Of a DNA stretch of 64,000 nucleotides, positions 10,791-24,600 are shown piece by piece. The notes under the pieces were generated by a model. The model was not told the DNA's origin. It did no database searches and saw nothing but the letters and a program-made list of their open reading frames with translations. Position 1 is the stretch's first letter. Each line of letters starts with the position of its first letter. Source of the DNA: the human T2T-CHM13v2.0 reference genome, Homo sapiens. Position numbers and translations under genes: made by a program. The stretch covers positions 10,880,001 to 10,944,000 of the forward strand of contig CP086569.2 of NCBI GenBank assembly GCA_009914755.4. The letters are read 5' to 3'.

Positions 10791-13700
10791 CATTCAGTTG
10801 GAATCCATTCCATTCCACTCGTTTCCATTCCATTCCTTTCCATTCCATTCCATTCCATCCCATTCCACTCCATTCCATTCCACTCCACTCCACTCCATTC
10901 CCCTCCTATCCACTTCATTACATTCTACTCCACTCCATTACATTCCTTTCTTTAGGCAGGATCTCACTCTCTCACCCAGGCTGGAGTGCAGTGGTGAATC
11001 TCAGCTCACATTTCATTTCTCCGTTCTATTCCATTCCATTCCATTCCATTCCATTCCATTCCATTCCATTCCACTCCACTCCAAACCATTCTATTCCATT
11101 CCATTCCATTCCATTCCATTCCATTCCACTCCACTCCAAACCATTCTATTCCATTCCATTCCATTCCATTCCACTGCATTTGCAGTCCACTGCTCTCCAT
11201 TCGACTCCACTCCACTCCACTCCACATCATTCCATTCCTATGCATCCCATTCTATTCGGCTGCAACCCCCTCAACTCCACTCCACTCTACTACACTCCAG
11301 TCCACTCCACTCTACTCCACTCCACTCCATTACACTCCATTCCATTCCATTCAACTCCATTCCATTCAATTCTTTTCCTTCAACAGAATCTCACTCTGTC
11401 ACCCAGGTTGGAGCTCAGTGGAACAATCTCATCTCACATTTCATTTCACCATTACATTACATTCCATTGCATTCCACTCAACTCCACTCAACTCCACTCC
11501 ATTCCATCCCATTGAGTTCCACTCCATTCCACTCTACTCAACTCCACTCCACTCCATTTTATTCCATTAAATCAAATTCCTTTCCAATCCATTAAACTCC
11601 ACTCCACTCCACTCCACTCCACTCCACTCCATTCCATTCCATTCCATTCCATTCCATTCCATTCCATTCCATTCCATTCCATCCTATTCTATTGAACTCC
11701 ATTCCACTCCACTCCATTCAATTCCATTCCACTTCATTCCATTTGATTTCTTTCTTTCGAAATTATCCCACTCTGAAACCCAGACTGGAGTGCAGTGGCA
11801 CAATCTCAGCACACATTTCATTTCACAATTCCATTAAATTCCATTAAATTCCATTCCATTCCACTACACTCCACTCTAGTCCACTCCTCTCCACTCCATT
11901 CCACTCCATTCCACATCACTCCAATCCAGTCCATTCCACTCCATTCCACTCCATCCCATTCCATTCCACTCCATTCCTCTCCACTCCATTCCACTCCACT
12001 TCACTCCACTCCACTTCATTCCATTCCACTCCATCCCTTTCCATTCCACTCCATTAAACTCCACTCCACAACACTCCTTCTCCCGCCATTCCATTCCATT
12101 GCACTCCATTCCTTTCCATTCCATTCGATTCCATTCCATTACATTCTATTCAGTTCAATTCCTCTCCATTACATTGCGCTCCACTCCACTCCACTACACT
12201 CCATTCCATTCCATTCCTTTCCACTGCATTCCACTCCTTTCCTTTCCAATACTTTCTTTTGACAGGATCTCACTCTGTCTCGCAGGCTGGTGTGCAGGGG
12301 CACATTCACAGCTCACATTAGATTTCACCATTGCATTCCATTCCATTTCACTCCACTCCATTCCATTCCACTACACACCTCTCCACTCCACTCCACTCTA
12401 TGCTACTCCACTCCATTCCAATCCACTCTATTCCATTTCATTCCACTCCACTCCACTCTATTCCATGCCATTCCTTCCCATTCCATTCCATTCCATTCCA
12501 TTCCATTCCATTCCATTCCATTCCATTCCACTCCATTCCATTCCATTCCATTCCGTTCCATTCCGTTTTGTTCCATTCCATTCCATTCCATTCTATTCCA
12601 TTCCATTCCATTCCATTCCATTCCATTCCATTCCATTCCTTTCCGTTGCATTCTGTTCCATTCCATTCCACTCCAATCCATTCCATTCCACTCCAATCCA
12701 TTCCATTCCACTCCAATCCATTCCATTCCTTTCTTTCGACATGGTCTCAATCAGTCACACAAGCTGGAGTGCAGTGGCACAATATCAGCTCAGATTTCGT
12801 TTCACCATTCCATTCCATTCCATTCCATTCCACTCCACTCCACTCCACTCCACCCCAATCCATTCCTCTCCACCCCACTCCACTCCACTCCACTACATTC
12901 CATTCCATACCAGTCCATTCCATTCCATTCCTTTCTTTCGACAGGTTATCACTCTGTCACGAAGGTTGGAGTATAGTGGCAGAATCTCTTTTCACATTTC
13001 ATTTCAGCATTCCGTTCCATTTCATTTGATTCCACTCTGCTCTATCCCATTCCTTTCTTTTGACAGTATCTCACTCTGTCAACCAGGCTGGACTGCAGTC
13101 GCATAATGTCAAGTCACATTACATTTCACCATTGCATTGCATTCCATTCCAATCCATTCCATTCCATTCCATTCCATGCCATTCCATTCCATGCCATTCC
13201 ATTCCATGCCATTCCATTCCATTCCATGCCATGCCATTCCATTCCATTCCATTCCATTCCATTCCATTCCATTCCATTCCATTCCATTCCACTCCATTCC
13301 ATTCTATTCTATTCCTTTATTTTGAAAGGATCTGACTCTGTCACACAGGCTGGAGGGCAGTGGAAGAATCTCAGCTCACATTTCATTTCACTATTCCATT
13401 CCATTCCATTCCACTCCACTCCACTCCACCCCACTCCACTCCATTCCTCTCCACTCCACTCAACTCCACTCCACTCCACTCCACCCCACTCCACTCCATT
13501 CCTCTCCACTCCACTCAACTCCACTCCACTCCACTCAACTGTACTCCATTCTGTCCCAATCAATTCCATTACACTAACTTCCATTCCATTCCTTTCTTTT
13601 CACATGATCTCACTCTGTCACACAGGGTGGAGTGCAGTGGCACAATCTCAGCTCACATTTCATTTCAACATTCCATTCCATTCCTTTCCATTCCATTCCA

Positions 13701-14099
13701 TACTTTTCCATTCCATTCCACTCCACTCCACTTCACTCCACCCAATTCCATTTCATTCCATTCCATTCAAATGCATTCCATTCCATTCCTTTCTTTCGAC
13801 AGTATCTCACTCTCTCACACAGGACTTAGTGTAGTGTCATAATTTCAGCTCACATTTCATTTCACCGTTCTATTCCTTTCCGTTCCATGCCATTCAATTC
13901 CATTCCATTCCACTGCAATCCACTCCTCTCCACTCCTTTCTATCCCATTCAATTCCAGTCCATTCCAATCCACACCACTTCACTCCAATCAATTCCATTC
14001 CATCCCATTCCATTCCACTCCATTCCACTCCACTCCACTCCATTCAATTCCATTTCATTCCATTCCACTACATTCCATTCCATTCTGTCTTTCGACAGG

Positions 14100-14900
14100 A
14101 TCTCACTTTGTCACATAGGTTGGAGTGCAGTGTCAAAATTTCATCTCATATTTCATTTCACCATTCCATTCCATTCCATTCCATTCCATTCCATTCCATT
14201 CCATTCCATTCCATTCCATGCCATGCCATGCCATTCCACCACACTCCGCTCTACTCCACTCCACTCCATGACATTCCATTCCACTCCATTCCATTCCTTT
14301 CTGTCTACAAGATCTAACTCTCTCACAATGGTTGGAGTTCAGTGGCAGAATCTCAGCTCACATTTCATTTCACCAATCCATTTCATTCCACTCCACTCAA
14401 TTCCACTCCACTCCAGTCAATTCCATCCCATTTCATTCCACTCCATTCCACTCCACTTCACTGCACTCCACTCCACTCCATTGTATCCTATTCCATTCCA
14501 TTCCACTCCAGTCCAATCCACTCCACTCTACTTCTTTTGATTCCATCCCATTCCATTCCAATCAATCCATTCCACTCCACTCCACTCAATTCCATTCCAT
14601 CCCATTCTATTCCACTACATTCCACTCCACACCACTACACGCCATTCCACTTCTTTCTATTCCATCCCATTCCATTCAACTCCAATCCACTCCACTCCAG
14701 TCCAATCCTGCCTACTCCATTCCATTCCACTTCATCCCATTCCATTCACGCAAATTCATTTCACTCCATTCCACTACACTCCATTCAATTCCATTCTATT
14801 CTATTCCATTCCACTCCACTCCTTTCCATTCTATTCCTTTTTTCGACAGGATCTCACTCTGTCACCCAGGCTGCAGTGCAGTCACACATTCTGAGCTCAC
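14100..14900 (-). repeat. Block with a paralog ~2.07 kb downstream (16185-16700)
   Basis: 14341~16407 and 14342~16408 (offset 2066). 'ctacaagatctaactct.tcaca..ggttggagt.cagtggcagaatctcagctcacatttcatt.caccaatccatttcatt' recurs at ~14300 and ~16375. Confidence 0.6.
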
Positions 14901-17900
14901 ATTTCATTTCACAATTCCATGGCATTACAGTCCATTTTATTGCATTCCATTCCATTCCATTCTATTCCATTCCATTCCATTCCACACAATTCCTCTCCAC
15001 TCCACTCTGCTGCATTCCATTCCATTCCATTCCATTCCATTCCATTCCATTCCATTCCATTCCATTCCATTCCACTCTATTCCACTCCATCCTAATCCAC
15101 CCAATTCCTTTCCACTCCATTCCACTCCACTCCAATGCAGTCCATTCCATTACATTCCATGCCATCCAATTCCACTCCATTCCACTCCACTCCACTCCCC
15201 TCAATTCTTTTCCATTCAATTCCACTCCATTCCATTCCTTTCTGTCAACAAGATCTCACTATGTCACACTGGCTGGAGTGCAGTGGCACAATCTCAGCTC
15301 ACATTTCATTTCTCCATTTCACTCCACTCCACTCCACTCAATCCAATTATATTCCACTCCATTCCACTCCACTTCTCTGCACTCCACTCCATTTCATTCC
15401 ACTCCATATCATTCCATTCCCCTCAACTGCACTCCACTCCTGTCCTCTTCTCTCCACTCCATTCCATTCCACTCCATTCCATTCCATTCCTTTTCTTCGA
15501 CAGGATCTCGCTCTGTCACTCAGGCTGGAGTGCAGTGGCACAATCTCAGCTCACATTTCATTTCACCATTCCATTTTATTCCATTGCATTCCATACCATT
15601 CCCTTTAATTCCAGTCAATTCCAATCCACTCCATGCCATTCCATTCCATTACTTTCCAGTTAATTCCACTCCATTCAACTCCACTCCACTCCACTATATT
15701 ACATTATATCCCGTCCAATTCCACTCCACTTCACTCCTCTCCACATTATTCCATTCCATTCCATTCCACTCCATTGCACTCCATTCCTTCCTTTTGACAA
15801 CATCTCACTATGTCACGCAGGCTGGGGTGCAGTGGCACAATCTCAGCTCACATTTCACTTCACTATTCCATTCCATTCCATTCCATTCCATTCCATTCCA
15901 TTCCATTCCATTCCATTCCACTCCACTGCACTGCACATCACTCTACTCCACTCCATTCCATTCCATTCCATTCCATTCCATTCCATTCCATTCCATTCCA
16001 TTCCACTCTTTCCCACTCCATTCCACTCCAGTTCACACCAATCCACTCTTCTGCACTCCATTCCATTCTATTCCATCCCATTCCTTTCCACTGAATTCCA
16101 CTCCACTCCACTCCACTCCATTCAATTCCATTTCATTCCATTCCACTCCATTCCATTCCATTCTGTCTTCAACAGGATCTCACTTTGTCACTTAGGCTGG
16201 AGTGCAGTGTCACAATTTCAGCTCACAATTCATTTCACTTTTCCATTCCATTCCATTCCTTTCAATTACATTCCACACCATTCCACCACCCTCCACTCTA
16301 CTCCATTCCATTCCATTGCATTCCATTCCATTTCGTTCCATTCCATTTCATTCCATTCCATTCCTTTTGTCTACAAGATCTAACTCTGTCACACCGGTTG
16401 GAGTGCAGTGGCAGAATCTCAGCTCACATTTCATTACACCAATCCATTTCATTCTACTCTACTCAATTCCACTCCACTCCAGTCAATTCCATCCCATTGC
16501 ATTCCACTCCATTCCACTATATTTCACTGCACTCCACTCCACTCCATTCCACGCCATACCATTCCATTCCCGTCCACTCCACTCCACTCCACTCAACTAC
16601 GCTCCACTCCATTGCATTCCATTCCATTCCACTCTATTGCATTCCATTCCTTTTCTTCGACAGGATCTCACTCTGTCCCTCAGGCTGAAGTACAGTGGCA
16701 CAATCTCAGCTCAAGATTCATTTCACCATTCCATTGCATTCCGTTGCATTCCATTCCATTCCATTTAATTCCGATCTACTACACTCCACTCCACTGCATG
16801 CCATTCCATTCCATTCCATTCCATTCCATTCCATTCCATTCCATTCCATTCCAGTACATTCCACTCCATTCCACTCCACTCCACTCTGCTATATTCCAGT
16901 CCATCCAGTTCCATTCAACTCCATTCCACTCCTCCACTCTAATCTACTCCACTGTACTCCTCTCCCCTCCATTCCATTCCAATGCATTCCATTCCATTCC
17001 ATTCCATTCCATTCCATTCCATTCCATTCCATTCCATTCCTTTCTTTCAACATCTCACTCTATCACACAGGCTGGAGTGCACTGGCAAAATCTCAGCTAA
17101 CTTTTCATTTCACCATTCCATTCCATTCCATTCCATTCCACTCCATAGCAATCCACTGTACTCCACTCCACTCCGTTCGCTTCCATTCCATTCCACTCCA
17201 TTCTACTCCACTCCCTTCCACTTCATTCCAATCCATCCCGTTCCATTCCACTCCATAAAACACCACTCCGCTCCACTTCATTCCATTCCATTCCACCCGA
17301 TTCCATGCCACTCCATTCCACTCCACTCCACTCCACTCCAATACATTCCAATCCATTTCATTCTATTCTACTCCATTCCATTCCATTCCTTTCTTTCGAC
17401 AGGATCTCACTCTGTCACACAGGCTCAACTGCACTTTTCCAATCTCAGCTCACATTTCACTTCACCATTCCATTCCATTCCATTCTATTCCATTCCTCTC
17501 CACTGCATTCCAGTCAAATCTATTTCATTCTATTACATTCCATTCCATTCGACTCCATTCCACTCCACTCCACTCCACACTACTCCAATCCACTCTATTC
17601 CATTCCATCCCTTTCAATTCCACTCCACTCCATTCCACTCCACTCCACTCCATTCCTCTCCTTCCCATTTCATTCCACTCCACTCTACTCCACTCCTCTC
17701 CACTCTATCCTATTCCATCCAGTTCCATTCCACTCCATTCCACTCCACTCCTTTTCATTTCATTCCATCCCATCTCATTCCACTCCATTCAACTCCACTC
17801 CACTAAACTGCACTCCACTCCACTCCATTCAATCCCATTCCATTCCACTCTATTCCATTCCATTCCTTTCTGTCAACAAGATCTCAGTCTCTCATACTGG

Positions 17901-20900
17901 CTGGAGTGCAGTGGCACCATCTCAGCTCACATTTCATTTCTCTATTCTATTCCATTCCACTCCACTCCACTCCACTCCACTCCACTCCACTCCACTCCAT
18001 TCAAGTGCATTCCACTCCATTCCACTACACTTCACTGCACTCCACTGCACTCCATTCCATTCCACTCCATACAATTCCATTACACTCCACTCCACTCCAC
18101 TCCACTCCTGTCAACTACTCTCCACTCCATTCCATTCCACTCCATTCCATTCCCTTCCTTTTCCTAGACTGGATCTGACTCTTTCACTCAGGCTGGAGTA
18201 CAGTGCACACTCTCAGCTCACATTTCATTTCACCATTCCATTGCATTCCATTCCCTTCCATTCCATTTAGTTCAAATCCATTCCACTCCACTCCACTCCA
18301 TGCCATTCCATTCTATTACATTCCAGTCCATTCCACTCCATTCTGCTCCACTCCACTACGCTATATACCATTACATCCTGTCTCATTCCACTCCATTCCA
18401 CTCTTCACTCTACTCCACTCCACTCCACTCCTCTCTACTCTATTCCATTCCATTCCATTCCATTCCACTCCATTCCACTCCATTCCATTCCATTCCTTCC
18501 ATTCGACAACATCTCACTCTGTCATGCAGGCTGGAGTGCAGTAGCGCCATCTCAGCTAACATTTCGTTTCAACATTCCATTCCATTCCATTCAATTCCAT
18601 TCAATTCCACTCAACTCTACTACATTACCCTCCCCTCCACTCTATTCCATTCCATTCCATTCCATCCCATTTCATTCCACTCTATTCCACGCCACTCTAC
18701 TCCACTCCACTCGATTCCACACTAGACTCCACTCCACTCCATTCCTTTCCATTCCATAACATTCCATTCCACTCCACTTTATTCCACTCCACTCCATTAA
18801 ATTCCATTCCTTCTTTCAACAGGATCTCACTCTGCCATACAGGCTGGAGCGCAGTGGCATAATCTCAGCTCACATTTCATTTTACCATTCCGCTGCATTC
18901 CATGCCATTCCACTCCATTCCACTCCACTTTTCTCTACTCCATTCCATTCCATTCCATTCCATTCCATTCCATTCCACTCCATTCCACTCCACTCCACTC
19001 AAGTCCACTTCACTCCATTCCATTCAATTCCAATGTACTCCACGCCACTCGTCTCCTCTCCATTCCATCCGATTCCATTCCATCCCTTCCATGCCACTCC
19101 ACTCCATTCCGTTCCTTACCATTACATCACATTCCACTCCACTCCACTCGACTCCACTCCACTCCATTACATTCCATTCCATTACGGTCCATTATATTAC
19201 ATTCCTTTCTTTTGACAGGATCTCACTCTGTCATCCAGGCTGGAATGCAGTGGCACAATCTCAGCTTACATTTATTTTAACGGTTCCATTCCTTTCCATT
19301 CCATTCCATTCCATCCCATTCCACTCCACTCCACTCAATTCCACTCCACTCCACTCCAGTCCACTAAACTCCACTCCATTCATTTCCATCCTATTACATT
19401 CCACTGCATTTCACACCACTTCACTCTCCTCCACTCCACTCCAATCCACTCTACTCCATTCCATCCCATTCCATTCCATTCCATTAAACTCCATTCCATT
19501 TAATTCCCTACTTTCTACAGAATCTCACTCTGTGAAACAGGCTTGAATGCAATAGCAAAATCGCATCTCACATATCATTTCACTGTACCATTCCTCATCA
19601 TTCCACTCCACTGTACTCCTCACCAATCCACGCCATTCCGCTCCATTCCATTCCACTCCATTCCATTCCGTTCCTTTCTTTCGACAGGATCTCACTCTGT
19701 TACCCAGGCTGGAGTGCAGTGTCACAATCTCAACTCACATTTCATTACACCATCCCAATCCATTCTATTCTGTTCCATTCCATTCCATTCCATTCCATTC
19801 CATTCCATTCTATTCTATTCCACTACTCTCCACTCCATTCCACTGCATTACATTCCACTCCATTCTATTCCATTTCACTCCACTCCACTCCAATCCAATC
19901 CACTCCATTTCACACCATCCCATTCCACTCCACTCTACTCCAATCCAATCCATTCCATTCTACTCCCTTACATTCCATTCCTTTCTCTCGACAGGATCTC
20001 ACTCCCTCACCCAGGCTGGATTGTAGTTGCACAATCTCACCTCACATTTTATTTCACCACTCTATTCCATTCCATTACATTGCATTCCATTTCATTGCAT
20101 TCCATTAATTGTATTCCATTCCATTCCATTTCATTCAATTCCATTCCACTACACTCCATTCAACTCCAATACACTCCACTCCACTCCATTCCATTCCATT
20201 CCATTCCTTTCCAATCCAGTCCACTCCACTGCACTCCACTCGACTCCACTCCTCTCCACTACTCTCCACTCCATTCCAATCCCCTCCATCCCATTGTTTT
20301 CCACTTCATTCCCCTCCACTGCACTGTAATCCACTCCTGTCCACTCCACTTCATTCCACTCCATTCCTTTCCACTCCTTTGAATTCCATTCCTTTATTTC
20401 TACAGGATCTCACTCTCTCACCCAGTTTACAGTGCAGTGGAACAATCTCAGCTCCCGTTTCGTTTCACCTTTCCGTTGTATTCCATTCCATTCCATACCA
20501 TTTCATTCTATTCCATTTCATTCCACTCCACTCCATTCCAATAAACTCCATTCCACTACGTTACACTCCATTCACTTCCATTCCAATCCATTCCACTCTA
20601 TTTCATTCTATTCCTTTCTTTTGACAGGATCTCACTTTGCCACATAGGCTGAAGTGCAGTGGCAAAGTCTCACCTCTCATTTCATTTCACCATTCCATTC
20701 CATTCTATTCTATCCACTCCATTCCACTCCACTCCACTCAATTCCATTCCATTCCACTCCACTCCACTTCACTCCAGTCCACTCCATTCAATTACATTCC
20801 ATTTCATTCCACTTCTATCCATTCCATTCCCTTCTTTCAACAGGATCTCACTCTCTCACCCAGCCTGGAGTGCAGTGGCACAATCTCTGCTCACATTTCA

Positions 20901-20999
20901 TTTCCCCATTCCATTGCATTCCATTCTATTGCATTCCATTGCATTCCATTACACTCTGCTGCATTCCATTCCATTCCACTCCATTCCACTCCACTCTAC

Positions 21000-23900
21000 T
21001 CCACTATTCTATACTCCATCCCATTCCATCCCATTCAATTGCAATCCACTCCACTCCAGTATACTCTACTGCATTCCCTCCTATCCCATTCTACGCCATT
21101 CGATTCAAATCCACACCACTCCACTCCACTCAACTCCACTCCATTCCATTCCATTCCATTCCATTCCATTCCATTCCATTCCATTCCATTCCATTGCATT
21201 CCATTCCATTCCATTGCATTCCATTCCACTCCACTCCACTCCACTCCACTCCACTCCATTCCATTCCATTCCATTCCATTCCATTCCATTCCATTCCATT
21301 CCATTCCATTCCATTCCATTCCATTCAATTCCATTCCATTTCTTTCTGTCTAGAAAATCTCACTCTCATACTGGCTGTAGTGCAGTGTCGCACTTTCAGC
21401 TCACATTTCATTTCAACATTTCTTTCCACTCCTTTCACCTCCACTCCACTCCATTCCATCCCATTGCATTCCACTCCATTCCACTCCACTTCACTGTACT
21501 CCACTCCACTCCATTCCATTCCACTCCCTACCATTCCATTCCCCTCCAATGCACTCCACTCCAGTCAACTCCTCTCCACTCCACTACAATCCATTCCACT
21601 CTATTACATTCCATTCCTTTTTTTCAAAAGTATCTCACTCTGTCCCTCAGGCTGGAGTGCAGTGACACAATTTCAGCTCACATTTCATTTCACCATTCCA
21701 TTGCATTTCCTTTCATTGCCTTCCATTTAATTGCAATCCACTCCACGCCATTCCATTCCATTCCACTCCATTCCATTTCACTCTATTCCACTCCATTCCA
21801 CTAAACTCCACTCCACTTCATTCCATTATATGCCGTCCCATTTCACTCCATTCCACTCTACTCCACTAAACTCCACTGTACTCCTCTCCAATCCATTCCT
21901 TTCCATTCCCTTCCATTCCGTTTTATTACATTCCATCTGTTTCTTTCAACAGCATCTCACACTCAACCAGGCTGGAGTGCAATGACACAATCTCAGCTCA
22001 CATTTCATTTTACCATTCCATTCCATTCCTTTCCATTCCATTCCATTCTACTCTACTGCACTCCACTCCACTCCACTCCAGTCCATTCCATTCCATTTCA
22101 CACCATTCCACTCCACTGCATTCCACTCCATTTAATTCCATTACATTACATTCCACTCCATTCCATTCCTTTCTTTCGACAGGATCTCACTCTGTCACAA
22201 AGGCTGCACTGCAGTGGCCAATATCAGCTCACATTTCGTTTCACCATTCCATTCCATTCCATTCCATTCCATTCCATTCCACTCCACTCCACTCCAATCT
22301 ACTCCATTCCATTCCATCCAATTCCATGCCACTCCACTCCATTCCACTCCCCTCCACTCCACTCCATTCCACTCCATCCCATTCCATTCCAATCCATTCC
22401 ACTCCAGTCAACTCCACTTCACTCCACTCCATTCCATCCCATTCCATTCCATTCCATTCCATTCCATTCCATCCCATTCCATTCCATCCCATCCCATGCC
22501 ATTCCATCCCATTCCATTCCATTCCATTCCATTCCATTCCACTCACTTCCATTCCATTCCACACCTTCCATTTGATTCCTTTCTTTTGAAAGCATCTCTT
22601 CCTCTCACCCAGGCTGGAGTGTAGTGGCACAATCTGAGCTCACATTACATTTCACCATGCTATTCCATTGCATTCCATTGCACTCCATTCCATGGTATTC
22701 CGTTCCATTGCATTCCGTTGCATTCCATTACATTCTATACCATTCCATTGTATTCCATTGCATTTCTTTGCATTCCATTTCCTTCCATTCCTTTCCACTC
22801 CTTTCCATTCCATTCCATTCCATTCAACTCCACTGCATTACACACCTCTCCACTCCACTCCAATCCATTCCATTCCACTTCCTTACATTCCATTCCTTTC
22901 TTTCGACAGAATCTCACTCCCTCACCCATGCTGGAGTGCAGCGGCACAATCTCACCTCACATTTCATTTCACAGTTCTTTTCCATTACATTTCGTTGCAT
23001 TCCATTAATTATATTCCATTCCATTCCATTTCATTCAATTCCACACCACTACATTCCATTCAACTGCAATAAGTTCCACTCCATTCCATTCCATTCCATT
23101 CCATTCCATTCCATTCCATTCCTTTCTATTCCTTTCCACTCTAGTCCACTCTGCTGCACTCCACATCACTCCGCTGCTCTCCAATACTCTCCACTCCATT
23201 CCAATCCTCTCCATCCCATTGTATTCCACTTCATTCCCCTCCACTCCTCTCTACTCCACTTCTGTCCACTTGACTTCACTCCACTCCATTCCATTCCACT
23301 CCATTGAATTCCATTCCTTTCTTTCACCAGGATCTCATTCTCTCACCCTGTTTGCAGTGCAGTGGAACAATCTCAGCTCGCATTTCATTTCACCTTTCCA
23401 TTCTATTCCATTCCATTCCATTCCATTCCATTCCATTCCATTCCATTCCATTCCATTCCACTCTTTCCCATTCCTTTCCTTTCTTTTGACAGGATCTCAC
23501 TCCATCAAACAGGCTGGAGTGTAGTGGTACAATCTCACCTCAATTTTCACTCCACCATTCCATTCCATTCCATTCCTTTCCATTCCATTCTACTCAACTT
23601 CAACCAACTCCACTGCATTGAACTCCATTCCACTCCACTTCACTCCACTCCTCTCCACTCCTCTACATTACATCTCATTCTATCCCACTCCATTCCACTC
23701 CACTCCACTCCAATCTACTCAATTCCATTACATCACATTCCATTCCATTCCATTCAATTCCACTCCACTCCAATCCACTCAACTGCAATCCTCTATATTC
23801 CATTCCATAACCTTCCATTACATTCCCTTCTGTTCCATTACATCACATTCCATTCCATTCCATTCTATTCCATTCCACTCCATTCCATTCCATTCCACTC
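21000..23900 (-). repeat. ~2.9-kb block with a paralog ~6.25 kb downstream (27250-30150); sub-blocks also recur at 29750-30700
   Basis: 21731~27982 (6251), 21982~28243 (6261), 22624~28866 (6242), 23304~29488 (6184). The segment 20640-21800 also matches 29750-30700 (offset ~9.09 kb). Confidence 0.7.
21141..21327 (-). repeat. Long near-perfect (CATTC)n tract with a short (CACTC)n interruption (21227-21254)
   Basis: 'ccattccattccattcc...' about 17 units, then 'ccactccactccactccactccactcc', then about 15 more 'ccatt' units. Confidence 0.95.
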
Positions 23901-24600
23901 CTTTCCATTCCTTTCCTTTCTTTTGACAGGATCTCACTCCGTCAAACAGGCTGGAGTGTAGTGGCACAATATCACCTGAAATTTCACTCCACCATTCCAT
24001 TCCTTTCCATTCCATTCCATTCCATTCCATTCCATTCCATTCCATTCCACTCCTTTCCATTGCTTTCCTTTCTTTTGACAGGATCTCACTCCATCTAACA
24101 GGCTGGAGTGTAGTGGTACAATCTCACCTCAAATTTCACTCCACCATTCCATTCCATTCCATTCCTTTCCATTCCATTCCATTCCATTCCATACCATTGC
24201 ATTCCATTCCACTGCATTCCTTTCCATTCTACTCAACTTCAATCAACTCCACTGCATTGCACTCCATTCCACTCCACTTCACTCCACTCCTCTCCACTCC
24301 TCTACATTACATCTCATTCTATCCCACTCCATTCCACTCCACTCCACTCCAATCTACTCAATTCCATTACATCACATTCCATTCCATTCCATTCAATTCC
24401 ACTCCACTCCAATCCACTCAACTGTAATCCTCTATATTCCATTCCATTCCCTTCCATTCCATTCCCTTCTGTTCCATTACATCTCATTCCATTCCATTCC
24501 ATTCTATTCCATTCCACCACATTCCATTCCATTCCACTTCTTTCCATTCCTTTCCTTTCTTTTGACAGGATCTCACTCCGTCAAAAAGGCTGGAGTGTAG
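23490..24600 (-). repeat. Tandem ~640-bp units carrying a variant ('type 2') Alu-derived spacer 'gacaggatctcactcc.tcaaacaggctggagtgtagtgg.acaatctcacctcaaatttcactccacc'
   Basis: 'tactcaacttcaa.caactccactgcattg.actccattccactccacttcactccactcctctccactcctctacattacatctcattctatcccactcc...' occurs at 23591 and 24230 (offset 639). Type-2 spacers lie at ~23490, 23930, 24080, 24560. Confidence 0.7.

Noticed and set aside
14342-16195. Very long plus-strand ORFs in the supplied track (617 aa here; also 25156-27159 667 aa, 61067-62980 637 aa, 34976-36877 633 aa, 47983-49749 588 aa) rich in H/S/I/P/F/L/T
   Set aside because: They are translations of (CATTC/CACTC)n, which contains no stop codon in the dominant frames (CAT TCC ATT CCA TTC = H S I P F). 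Composition is extreme low complexity with no start context or domain-like pattern. Overlapping ORFs occur in several frames and on both strands simultaneously.
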